This document shows, in pieces, positions 1-11,690 of a stretch of DNA of 64,000 nucleotides. Location: positions 70,246,001 to 70,310,000 of the forward strand of contig NC_043004.1 in NCBI RefSeq assembly GCF_006345805.1, in the 5' to 3' direction. How positions within the stretch are numbered: position 1 is the stretch's first letter; each line of letters begins with the position of its first letter. Origin of the DNA: Octopus sinensis. Its lineage: Eukaryota. The notes below the pieces were generated by a model. It saw only the letters and a program-made list of their open reading frames with translations, had not been told where the DNA came from and made no database searches. The position numbers and the translations under genes are program-made.

Positions 1-136
1 AATTATGAAATTGTAAAATCTGTTAAGTAAATGTAAATAACTTTTTTTAAGCCATCAAGTGCCTTTTCAAATTCTTTCCTTTATACTCATGTGAAAAACA
101 CTTATTTTCCTCTATGGTATGAGTATACATGCACAT

Positions 137-189
<53 letters not shown>

Positions 190-3100
190 TTGAAATTTCT
201 TTTTTTTTCTTTCTTTTGCACGAGGTCATGTGAGTAAAGAAAGAGTGTTGTCATGTTTACATTCCTGATGATCATTACATCCCATAATTCTATACTCTCA
301 AACAGGTAAGAGTTGGCAACAGGAAGAGCATCTGACAGTTAAATACTGCCTTGAATAAGTACCTACCTAACCTATGCCAGCACAGAAAAACTAATTTAAG
401 ATGAACAAACAGAAGACAGAGGAATGAGAAAGAGATAAAGAAAGAGTAGAAAACTATTGGAAGAAAAAAAGAAAGAAAGAAAGAAGTGGTAAGAAAAGGT
501 AAAGTATTTACTGAACCAAGATAACAATTAATACAATTAGATATGATACCATGATTGAGAAAGCATTTATCTATGAGGAAAGAGGTTGTAAATGACTAAG
601 AAAAGTGTAAGATTTATGATTTATATAAGTAGCTGACCAAACGGAGAAATAAAGAAGCATAAAAGAATAAGAAGCAAATGCATGGCCTGAACTTAAATAC
701 AACTCTTGGGGGTGAGATCAGGTCATGTGTGGCTAACATGTAAATTGATTTTCACCAGAAGGTTGGTTTCCTTTTTTATTTTATTTTATTTTACCCTGCT
801 ATATTTCACTATTTGATGAAGAGTAGCATGTGAAAAGCACAAATAATAGGGCAAATGGAAGCAGCTGAATAAATTAAATGTATATATATCTATGCAAGTG
901 TGTGTGTATATATAGTATGAGTGTAAGTGTGCATGTACGTGAGTAGATATGTGTGTTGTATGTATGCAAGTGAAGGATTTATTTGTCAAAACTTGATGCT
1001 GTGTGTGTGTGTGTGCATGCGTGCGTGTGTTGTGTTGTGTGTAAATATGTGTATAATTGATGTGTAGATGATAGACTCTAACATCAGTTTTGACATGGAT
1101 GACCTGCTCACTGAATTTGTGTGCAAAGTGGCTGAATATTCCATAGACAAGCGTACTCTTAATGTAATATATCCAAGTGGGAGAAAATTGTGGAAGAGGG
1201 GTAAAAGTAGTGAAAGCTAATTGAACCTTACAAAGACAAAGGAATGCAACAAATGGTGAGACGCTATATTAATGAAAACCTCTCCAACCTATGCAAGCAT
1301 GGAGAAGTGAAAGTAACGAAGGATGATGCTATGGTGTATACCATGTATTTTCATGTATAAAATCGACTGTATTTTCCAGATTTTTCAACCTAAAAATGAT
1401 GCATGTACATTTTTCTTGTGTACGTGTGTGGTTAGGAAGCTCTTTTTGCAACCATGTGATTTTGGGTTCGGTCATACAGCATGGTACCTTCAGCAACTGT
1501 TTTCTTCTATAACCCCAGGCTGACCAATGCCTTGTGAGTGAGTTTGGGTGATGGGAACTGCGAGGAAACATGTTGCGTGCATGTATGTATGTATTTGTGT
1601 TGTGCTTGTCTCTCTCCACTGCTCAACAACCAGTGTTGGTTTGTTTACATCCTCATAACTTAGCCGTTTCGCAAAAAAAAAACTAAATGAATAAGTACCA
1701 GATTTACAGATGAGTACAGGGGGTGGGGGTCAATTTGTACAGCTGAATCCGTCGAGGTGGTGCCCCAGCATGGCCACAGTCCAATGACTGAAACAAGTAA
1801 TATGAATAATATAAAACTATACACTACTCATTTTTCTGGTTTTAAGAGTGTAGCCATAAATATGGCATATTATCCCTTTTGCTTAAGCTAAATTTAAATG
1901 TGCTTAAATGTCGGTAGAATCCATGATATAGGCATAGACATGGCTGTGTGGTTAAGAAGTTCATCTCACAGCTTCATAGATTTCTGAGAGTTACAAATCA
2001 TCAAAGAATTAACTAAACTGATATCCAGTCTCCATGCTGACATGGATTGGATTATTTGACATGGATCTGGCCAGTAGGGAGCTGTCCAGACTCCAATTGT
2101 CTATTGTGGCATGGTTGCTACAGCTGGCTGCCCTTCCAAACACCAACCACTTAATTCTTTAAATTCTTTGGTGAAATGAACTGGCGTGGTTTTTGTGGTT
2201 AACTTCGTTTTGCAACTCCATGGTTTTGGGGTTCAGTCCTACTCTGTGTCATCTAAGGCATGTGTCTGTTAGTATGGCCCTGGGTGATAAATGAGTTGAG
2301 GGTGGAAATAGTTGGCAATAACTGAGAAGTAACCCATAGTATGCATGTGTGTGTGTGTGTGTGTGCATGTGTGTGTGTTGTGTGTGTGTGTGTGTGTGCA
2401 TGTGAATGTATGCACAGGTGTGGCATGTGTGTGATTGTGTGTATAAGTGAATGACAATGTGTATATACATGCATTCAGTATATGTTTCTGCATTGTGTAT
2501 GCCGTGCAGGCTCAGAGTCTCAGAGTCTCAGATGCAGCAAGCATCTTGTGTTTGAATTTGACCTTAGGCATTGCCCAAGCATGGCCACAGTCCAGTGACT
2601 GAAACAAGTAAAAGAATAAATGAAAAGAACAAAACACACACACACACACACTATAATCATCAAATGTAAAATTAACCAGCTAGGAAACCTCTACATTATT
2701 GTTAAACCTGACAGAAATAGCAGCCAAACTGCTCTGATCCTAGGTTCCATAAAAATGAGGAAAAGATGATATTGCCATGGCTAGAATGTCTTTGATTATT
2801 GATCTGCTTGATCGAGGCTGACCTGGGACCAATCAACAAAAGATACATATATACATAACACACACACACATACACACGAGTTACATAGGGTCTAATGAAT
2901 TGTTTCCAAAAACAAAAGAAAAAAACTCATTACTGTGTGGCTATGAAGTTTGCTTATCAACCTTGTGATTTCAGTTTTAATCATCCCATAGTGTAGTACT
3001 TTCAGCAAGTGTTTCCAAACACAGCTACGGCTGAGCAAAACGTTGCAAGTAGAATTTGGTAAGCAGAAATTGTGGCCATGTGGTAAGAAGCTTGCTTCGC

Positions 3101-3610
3101 AAATACATGGTTCTGCATTCAATCCCAATGTGCCACATGGACCAAGCAAAGCCTTGTAAGTGGGTTTGGTGGACAAACTGAAAGAAGCTTGTCGTGTATA
3201 TATATATATATATATATATGACATATAATAAAAACCGATTACCTCCATACCAACAATATCTTGTTAATATCTGCATGTTTGCATATGTAGATATTAACAA
3301 GTGAAACCATTGGTTTGTAGGTAATCATTTTTTATTTCGTATATTTTCATTTGTCTTACTCGTTTTTATATTTTGGCGTTTTGTTGAGATTTTTCTTGAG
3401 AACACATTCTTCGTGGTAATGGCTATTTGATGTCTATGTTTAGTATATTAGGTGTCCACTTTAGTGGTCATTCCTCGTAATTTTGTATGTAACACAAATT
3501 TTTAATCTTTGGATTTTTTTAAATATGCTAAGCTACTGGTTTTAATTTGTTAATATCAATTTCAACCCTTAGTATTTAATTACATATATATATAAATATA
3601 TATATATATA

Positions 3611-3612
3611 TG

Positions 3613-3643
<31 letters not shown>

Positions 3644-4130
3644 GAGAGTATTGTAGTTTGCTTCATACATTGTATATTGTTTGGGAAATATAATGTCTTG
3701 AATGGCACAATGCAGAAGGAACTATAATAAATTATAATTTCGGAATATTAAAAATTCCTTCTTCAGATATTGCTAGGAATTCATCAAGTTACTCTGCTCC
3801 ACTCTGCATTGTTGTGCCATTCAAGACACATTATATTTCACACACACACACACAGAGAAGTGTGTTTATGTCTCTGTGTCTGTGTTTGTCTCTCACCCCT
3901 ACTTAACAACCAGTGCCAGTATGTTTATATCCCCGTAACTTAGCAGTTTGGTAAAAGAGACGGATAGAAAAAGTACCCAGCTTTAAAAAAAAAATGACTG
4001 AGGTCAACTGATTCAAGTAAAAGTTCTTCATGGCAGTACCCCAGCATGGCCGCAGTCTTACAACAGAAACAAGTAAAAGCCGAGAGAAGTCTGTTGTATA
4101 TGTGTATGCTTATATATATATATATATATG

Positions 4131-4161
<31 letters not shown>

Positions 4162-4626
4162 GAGAGTATTGTAGTTTGCTTCATACATTGTATATTGTTT
4201 GGGAAATATAATGTCTTGAATGGCACAATGCAGAAGGAACTATAATAAATTATAATTTCGGAATATTAAAAATTCCTTCTTCAGATATTGCTAGGAATTC
4301 ATCAAGTTACTCTGCTCCACTCTGCATTGTTGTGCCATTCAAGACACATTATATTTCACACACACACACACAGAGAAGTGTGTTTATGTCTCTGTGTCTG
4401 TGTTTGTCTCTCACCCCTACTTAACAACCAGTGCCAGTATGTTTATATCCCCGTAACTTAGCAGTTTGGTAAAAGAGACGGATAGAAAAAGTACCCAGCT
4501 TTAAAAAAAAAATGACTGAGGTCAACTGATTCAAGTAAAAGTTCTTCATGGCAGTACCCCAGCATGGCCGCAGTCTTACAACAGAAACAAGTAAAAGCCG
4601 AGAGAAGTCTGTTGTATATGTGTATG

Positions 4627-4630
<4 letters not shown>
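3611..4630. repeat. Identical tandem duplication, period 518 bp, bounded by (TA)n/(CA)n
   Basis: gagagtattgtagtttgc starts at 3644 and 4162. ORF pairs 3940/4458 and 4030/4548 are also offset by exactly 518. No differences seen by eye outside the microsatellites. Confidence 0.9.
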
Positions 4631-4678
<48 letters not shown>

Positions 4679-4742
4679 TATGCATATATGTGTATATATA
4701 TATATATCTATATATATATATATATCTTTATATATATATATA

Positions 4743-4782
<40 letters not shown>

Positions 4783-4788
4783 TATATG

Positions 4789-5170
4789 GAAGCACTCCGT
4801 CGGTTACGACGACGAGGGTTCCGGTTGATCCGAATCAACGGAACAGCCTGCTCGTGAAATTAACGTGTAAGTGGCTGAGCACTCCACAGACATGTGTACC
4901 CTTAACATAGTTCTCAGGGATATTCAGCGTGACACAGAGAGTGACAAGGCCGGCCCCTTGTAATACAGGTACAACAGAAACAGGAAGTAAGAGTGAGAGA
5001 AAGTTGTGGTGAAAGAGTACAACAGGGATCACCACCATCCCTGCCGGAGCCTCGTGGAGCTTTAGGTGGTTTTGCTCAATAAACACTCACAACGCCCGGT
5101 CTGGGAATCGAAACCGCAATCCTACGACCGCGAGTCCGCTGCCCTAACCACTGGGCCATTGCACCTCCAC
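4789..5170 (-). mobile_element. tRNA-headed SINE (family C); second copy about 43720-44038 (-)
   Basis: Minus-strand head gtggaggtgcaaTGGCCCAGTGGttagggcagcggactcgcggtcgtaggattgcGGTTTCGATTCC carries Pol III A and B boxes. The same head is at 43960-44038. Confidence 0.75.
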
Positions 5171-5365
5171 ATGCATATATATATATATATATATCTGTAT
5201 ATACATATATATATATATGTATATACATATATATATGCATATATATATATATATCTATGTCTATATATACACACATACATACATATGAATATATGTGTGT
5301 GTGTGTGCGTGTGTGCGTATATATATATATATATATTATATATATATATATATATACACATAGAC

Positions 5366-5631
5366 TTTAATGTATGCAGAATTTAAGATAAGAGCTACTA
5401 ACAGTTTCTGACCATAAAGACACTGAGATCAGACAGATTTATATAACATGCCTTATGTCTCCAAGCAATCTTGTAGGCTCAGGGCACATGGTTAGTCTTA
5501 TTTGTAAACAAGGACCCTGGTACATAAGTCTGTAGATTGCTTGGAGACATAAGCACATTATATACAAATTTCAATGTCTCTATGGCAAAAAACTATTAGT
5601 AGCTCTAATTTTAAATACTGTGTACATTAAA
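5366..5631. repeat. Fold-back (MITE-like) inverted repeat with about 105-bp imperfect arms
   Basis: Perfect 19-bp core ttatgtctccaagcaatct (5453-5471) / agattgcttggagacataa (5534-5552). Outer arms also pair: agagctactaacag / ctattagtagctct and tttaatgta / tacattaaa. Confidence 0.75.
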
Positions 5632-5705
5632 TATGTATCTCTCACTGGATGGAATACATTTTTTGTTGAACCTACCTCAACGGTACAGAAAACTAATTAT
5701 ATACA

Positions 5706-5803
<98 letters not shown>

Positions 5804-6067
5804 TGTGTGTGTGTTGGCAAAAGAGAGATTGAGTAATTACATCAGTGAGAAAATCAGAAATTAGTACTTTTTGAACAAACATGTTTGGTGTGTCATTTGT
5901 TCCACCCATGTTGCACAGACACTCCCTTGTCACCCACCCACTTCTGCCATCATAATCATATACAGCTGTGGACCAGCAATTGGTCAGGAACCTCTATATA
6001 ACCAACAAAACTAGTGTTCAGATCATACACACATCATGATAACAAATTAAAATGAAGTAAATACACC

Positions 6068-6073
6068 ACTTAC
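6068..6073 (-). other. 5' splice donor (GTAAGT) ending the large exon
   Basis: Plus-strand acttac at 6068-6073 gives minus-strand ccggtg|GTAAGT; the ORF stops 9 codons later in AT-rich sequence. Confidence 0.85.
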
Positions 6074-8800
6074 CACCGGTCCAGATATGTCAGATAAATC
6101 AATCTTCTTCATATGCAGGTCATGGAGAGGTAATGAAGCCTCTGTAATCGATTTTGCACGCTTTACTGGAGGCGGTGGAGGACGGGAACGTCGATTTCCA
6201 GCGAATTTCCCCAAAAAACTTCGCCTACTTTGAGCAGCTTTTGGTAACTCAATTTTTTCAATTGGTCTCGGATCAGTAACTGCATCTTGTCGATTGCTAT
6301 CTGAAGAGGGAGCAGCACCAAAAGCAGGAGCTTCAGTATTGTTAGCATCGTCTTCGACCAAAGGGGGTGGGGGCATAGGGGGCTGTGGGGCAGGGGTTTT
6401 CTTCAAGGTACCAGTTTTATTGTCCACAGCTTTACTAAGCCGTAGCTCGAGTTCTTTGGCAAATAATGCATTTTTCTCACTAGTAGCTGCACACCTTGGT
6501 GCACTTGGAGCTGGCATCTTTTTCGGGCTTTTCACCCTTCGCTTTACAACAACAATGTCTTCTGTATTTTCAGATAAGTTTGAACTGTTTGACATAGAAT
6601 TTGATTGATGTACGGATTCTCGGGACAACGTTGACTTTCGTGACGAAGGGCTGCTCTCATCAATCTCCTCTGTAGATTCTCTTGGTCTGTCCTGGCTTTC
6701 ATTTCGTACATCTGAAGAGCTAATCATTTCAGATGGAGGCCGGCTGTCCAGAGTTTCGTTGCTAGTACTGCTTGTAGTTGAAGAAACACTTACAGTACTT
6801 TTAGTTGGAGATGGGAAGACACGCACTCGGAACTGGCCCCCAGATGTTTCATCTGCATTGCCATTATCAGGACTTAGAAATTCTGATTTATTATCATACA
6901 TGATTGAAGGTAGATCCTTACTCGTGTCGTTTGGCTTCACTGCTGTGTTATTATCAAAGCTTTGTTCCGTGCTACTTTCAGAAGAAGAATCCCGTCCACG
7001 ACGAAGAAAACTTCGAAACATACTGGCAAACCCTTTCTTCATGCTATTTTCATTCTTTTTTCCTTTATAGCCATCCATACTTTCCATAGATTCAACATCT
7101 TCTCCAACAGCAGATCTTCGACATTGATCTAAGCTTGGCCCTTTCTTGCAACTTCCATCAGAAGATTTAGTACTTGATTTAGAGGGAGAAGCAGAAACAC
7201 CAGCCACTGGTGATACAGGTGGTTGGGGTGCCTGGCGCTTCCCTTTAGTTTTTGTAAAATCCAAAGTGGCAGCAACAGAAGCCATTTTAGCTTCAAAATC
7301 AACTGATTTTGCCTTAGAATATCTCGCTTCATAAGCATCTCCTTCTACTCTCAGCATTGTGAAATCATCCCTGTCATATTTTCTGTCAAACGTGGTCCCA
7401 GCAAAACTTGAGGACATTTCATCTCGTCTACCGATAGTCCCTTCTTTGGTAAGGTGCTGCCGCTTAACTGGAGCCGGCGGCTTCAAACCATGTCGTCTCA
7501 AAGTGTCAGAATCTCCAATGTCGGTTTTCTCAAAGCAATCCTCTAATCTCCCTTCTACAGAGCGAGACATCATAGACATTACAGACTGGTTTGACTGTCT
7601 GTCATCTTTGTGTCGAGCACTGGGAATTGGTTTCTCTACAGGATCGCTAACACCTTTCTTCAGAGATGCCGGTTTGGGAGCAGGTTTAGGAAGCGACTCA
7701 ACAACCCGATAAGGGGAAGAACTCACCTGTTCAATATTATCAGTATCTTTACTTGTTTTTTGATCCATGATATTTTTTGAAGCATTATTTTGCATATTCC
7801 TACTTTGATACAATGTTGAATTCTCAGAAGCAGATCTTAGACGAAATGTCAAATCTTCGTCAGCATCTTGAATAGTTTCATTGTCAAAATTCTTTGATGA
7901 TTTTAAAGGTGAGGTTTTAATTCCGTGACTAAATTCTAAAGAGGGTCGGGAAGACAGTTGAGCTTTAGGAGACTTGTTTCGTCTAGGGAAAGTTCCAAAC
8001 TTCTTTGGTAGCAGGTCACAATCTCTTAGACCCTGAAAACGATCAGCTTTCCATAGGAATTCTAATTCAACGTCTTCAAATTCTTTACTTGGAACTCTCT
8101 TCAGACGACCCTCCAGGGGAGTCTCAACTCTCAAATTATGAGTATCTGAATTCCACAGAGTATTTTCTAAAGCCAAGAGAGCAAACTGCTTTTCTTCCTC
8201 AGTCAGTTGAATACTCCCAGGTGGTGTAATCTCCGCCTCTTCGGGTACATCATCATCATCATCTGGGTATAAATAATCGGAACCACCGTCGTGGCCAATA
8301 ATTTCAGGTTCTGATTCAGAAAATATAACTCTAAAAGCCCTATTTTCATCTTTATTTCGAGTTAACTTTAAAGCTCCTTTCAATGGAATCTCTGACTTTG
8401 TCAGGTCAGCTTTGGTATTGATAGAATTATCTTTGCTTCCCGACTGCTCACAACTCAGTGGGTTTTCATCTGAAGAATGGGTTGCAATTCTTTTAGAAAC
8501 ATTATCATCAACTACTAAAGGTTTGATACTAAGCAGCTTAATGTTTTCATTAAGATTCTGTTGGTCGTTAGCATTTTTATCAACAATCGATGAAACTCTC
8601 GGTCCAACTGATAAGTTGCTTTTTATTAGGGATGAGTTCCGTTTTGCAGGAACAGGTGGGGAACCTCTGCCAGCAGAATTCCTTCGGGGTTTGAGATGGT
8701 TACAGGGGGGTTTGATGTGCTCAGACCGGGGACGTAAGCAGTTTGCACACAGATCTTTACGCCAGGCATTTTGTGAGAACTCTGCACACACTTCTGACAT
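6074..8800 (-). CDS. PEAK1: First (giant) coding exon of a PEAK1/PRAG1 (SgK269/SgK223)-like pseudokinase scaffold; 909 codons, C-terminal exons not found in window
   Basis: 917-aa non-repetitive ORF. N-terminus MSEVCAEFSQNAWRKDLCANCLRPRSEH resembles the PEAK1 start MSACNTFTEHVWKPGECKNCFKPKSLH as I recall it; a related C..F..W/F.K..C.NC...H motif also occurs in MPRIP/outspread, so the family call is not certain. Acceptor ttctttttttctctctctttttctctcactacAG ends at 8817. In-frame TGA at 8812-8810 lies just upstream of the ATG at 8800. Phase-0 donor GTG|GTAAGT at 6074/6073. The rest is Ser/Pro-rich with PxxPxK motifs; no kinase domain is seen in the window. Confidence 0.7.
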
Positions 8801-8816
8801 CCTGTTGCATCATGAG

Positions 8817-8850
8817 CTGTAGTGAGAGAAAAAGAGAGAGAAAAAAAGAA
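8817..8850 (-). other. 3' splice acceptor with long polypyrimidine tract for the large exon
   Basis: Purine-rich plus strand 8821-8850 reads on minus as a pyrimidine tract ending tacAG at 8817, 16 nt before the ATG. Confidence 0.8.
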
Positions 8851-9457
8851 GGTATGTGAGTAAGGTTACTGAAGAAGAATAAAGCTCTGTGAGAGAGAAA
8901 ATAGACTTAATTTTAAGCAAGTAAGAAGTATTAGAAATTTACTATTTTTAAATCTCACAACGTGAGATATTCGGCAACAGTACTTTGTAGTAAAGACTGT
9001 TTGCCAACATAACATGGCAGTCCTGGTTTAGGATGAATGTTGCTGTAATTTAGCCCCAGGAGACATCATCTCCAGCTGGCTATACGACACAATCTGTGTC
9101 CTTATATTTTCAAACAAGGAATCTAGCACCCCCACTCAGATTTAAATAAAGTAATTTTCTAATTTATAAATCAGTAACTAGTTGTCACTTTGAAAACTAT
9201 ATATTTTGAATGGGAATTTGGCAGCGCCACCTGTAACCAAACAATTATTCTGTGCTGATGAAGGGAAATAATTCAGAAATCGCGAAACACAGAGATTGTT
9301 TTGTATTCATTCAGATCTGTCAAAGCCAAACAGCTGCATCTGACAGCTACAAGTTTAACGATTTGCAAGACACTTGCAATAATGCTGCTCTGTTAAGTTT
9401 TTGTGCATGTATGCATGCATGTGTGCGTGTGTGTGTGTGTGTGTGTGTGCGTGAAAA

Positions 9458-9826
9458 AGATAATAATAATAATAATGATAATTTCTTAAGTAACCAGAAA
9501 ATGGGTTTGTTATTAATCATTATTTTGTACAACATTTGTTATGACCCACCCTACTACTGTCCCTTATGGGTGGGACTCAGTTTGCTGTGTGTTGCATCCG
9601 TTTTGCAGTCTGGGTCTCATCAGGTACATCCATACATAAAGTCGTGTCTCACTAAAGATCCTGAGTTTTGGCTGCCATGTTGTTATATGCCCTAACCAGA
9701 TGGGTTGAACAGACTCCCACCCATGAAGGACAGTAGCAGGGTGGGTCAAAACGACCATTGTACAAAATAAAGATTAATACTAAATCCATCTTCTCTTTAC
9801 TTAAGAAATTATCATTATCATTATCT
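9458..9826. mobile_element. Palindromic Penelope-type (pseudo-LTR-like) insertion, about 110-bp arms pointing outward
   Basis: Reverse complement of about 9475-9585 aligns with 9707-9815 at about 84% (18 mismatches in 110, counted by eye). Arms end in (AAT/GAT)n and contain the 3' half of a hammerhead followed by an AATAAA-like signal. Confidence 0.65.
9526..9628 (-). ncRNA. Type I hammerhead ribozyme remnant with long stem II (core mutated)
   Basis: Minus strand: stem I TGTAC (9628-9624), core CTGATGA (9623-9617), stem II GACCCA (9616-9611) ... TGGGTC (9548-9543), ATAAC in place of GAAAC, stem III AC-aaat-GT, site U, then stem I' GTACA (9530-9526). Confidence 0.65.
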
Positions 9827-10016
9827 CGACTAATACTACACAGTTCCTGAAATAGATCCAATGGTAACATACCCCAACTGTGGATGATACCAGGTAACCC
9901 AAACTGTGCCAGTGCTCTACTAAACACTTCGACACATTAATCGACATATACCCATTAGTCCAAAATATTAAATGTGTGTGTGTGTGTGTGAGAGAGAGAG
10001 TGAGTGTGTGTGTATA

Positions 10017-10099
<83 letters not shown>

Positions 10100-10225
10100 A
10101 GACACACACACAAACACACACACACATGTATACACGTTCAAAGAAATATATATATGTATATGTAAGGAACCAAGGCACCATGTGTATGGTTATATTTTAA
10201 ACAAGTTTTAAAGTTTACATACATA

Positions 10226-10609
10226 TCTCTCTCTATATAAACGGCAGTTTGTCTGTGCGTTTTCTGTGTGTCTGTTTTCTCGTACCCTCACCCTGACCAC
10301 GGCTTTCAACCGATTCTGATGAAACTTGACACACACATAGCCCAATGTCATAATTCAAAACTAACGCAGCGAAAATTTTGAAAAGTTCCCCCAGTTCTGA
10401 AAAAAATCGATAAATTCGACATGGGGTCGAGAATCAGAAACCCAAACCACAGACCGTCTAGGGGACGCAACTCCACCTTTTTTAACTCACAAAAAAAATT
10501 TACCATCATTTTTTTTCCATTTTTTTGCTATTTTTTGGCTATAACTCTCTAAAAATGCTTTATAGTTATTTCCCTTACAAACCTGAGCAACGCCGGGCGA
10601 TACTGCTAG
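10226..10609 (+). mobile_element. Non-autonomous Helitron, 384 bp
   Basis: A|TC 5' end, 3' hairpin region cctgagcaacgccgggcg, CTAG|T end, no TSD. Nearly identical inverted copy at 17784-18166. Confidence 0.85.
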
Positions 10610-11434
10610 TACTTAATAAACACATATTTAGTGTCACTGTACATAAATATATATAAACATATATAAACACTGTATATAGCCCTGAGGATAAACCACAAGG
10701 GCTATATATATACTTCCTCTGCAGAATAATCCAAAAAACAGTGGCTCAGCTAATTTCAGTAAATGTGTAATTAATGTGTATTAATTGCAAAATATAATGT
10801 CAAATCATCATCATTTCAGCAGTGGTGCCCCAGCATGGCCGCGGCCTTCGGGCTAAAACATTTTTAAGGATTTAAGGATTTAAGGATTCAACGTCTGTTT
10901 TCCATGCTGACTTGGGTTAGATGGCTTGAGAGGAACTGGCAAGGCCAGGTTCCATTGTCTGTTTTGGTTTAATTCTATGTTAGGTGCTCTTCTTAATGCC
11001 AACCACTTTACAGAGTGTGCTTTTCATGTAGCACCAGCACCTTATAATGATGATTACAAAGAAAAATTAATGATGTTCTAAACTGTGATGAGGACTGTAC
11101 ACATTTTTCAGTATTCACAATTTGCTCTCCCTCTGGTGTAGTCCAAAGTACCACCTCATCAGTCTAGTCCATGCATGATATATGCTATACATTCAAGGCC
11201 CAAATACATTGAATTTATTGGATGAAACAATAGAGTGTTGGTTTAAACAATTTGCAGTACTCAATGACAGTTTCTTACATTCTGAGTTCAAATCTTTTTG
11301 AGACAGAATTTGTCTTTCAAATATTCCAAGATGGATAAAATAAATACCAGTTAAATATTAGGGAAAAATTAATCAACTGGGCCTGCCCAACAGATTTTTG
11401 ATCATGTGAGCAATATCACAAATACATATCATAT

Positions 11435-11690
11435 GGCTAAGTGGTTAGAACTCACAATCAAGAGGTAGTGAGTTTGATTCCAGGACCAGGCTGTGTGTTG
11501 TGTTCTTGCACAAGACACTTTATTTCATGTTGCTCCAGTTCACTCATCTGTAGAAATGAGTTGTGACATCACTGGTGCCAAGCCTTTGCCTTTCCCTTGG
11601 ATAACATCGGTGGCATGAAGAGAGGAGGCTGGGGAACTTTCTAGGGGCAATCCCATGGTCATTCATGACCGAAGGGGATCTTTACCCCTT
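11435..11690 (+). mobile_element. tRNA-headed SINE (family D, CORE-like body); other copies about 42519-42910, 45900-46150, 53225-53450
   Basis: Head tggctaagtggttagaactcac...gagtttgattcc followed by the shared body gcaagacactttatttca..ttgctccagttcactca.ctgtagaaatgag in all copies. Confidence 0.65.

Noticed and set aside
4990-5170. tRNA genes suggested by A/B boxes (also at 11435, 17611, 42519 and others)
   Set aside because: They are SINE heads: no complete cloverleaf, and each continues into a shared repeat body.
6047-6073. Last 8 codons plus stop of the 917-aa ORF (VSGVFTSF*)
   Set aside because: They lie beyond a perfect GTAAGT donor and are most likely intronic read-through; a short isoform ending here cannot be excluded.
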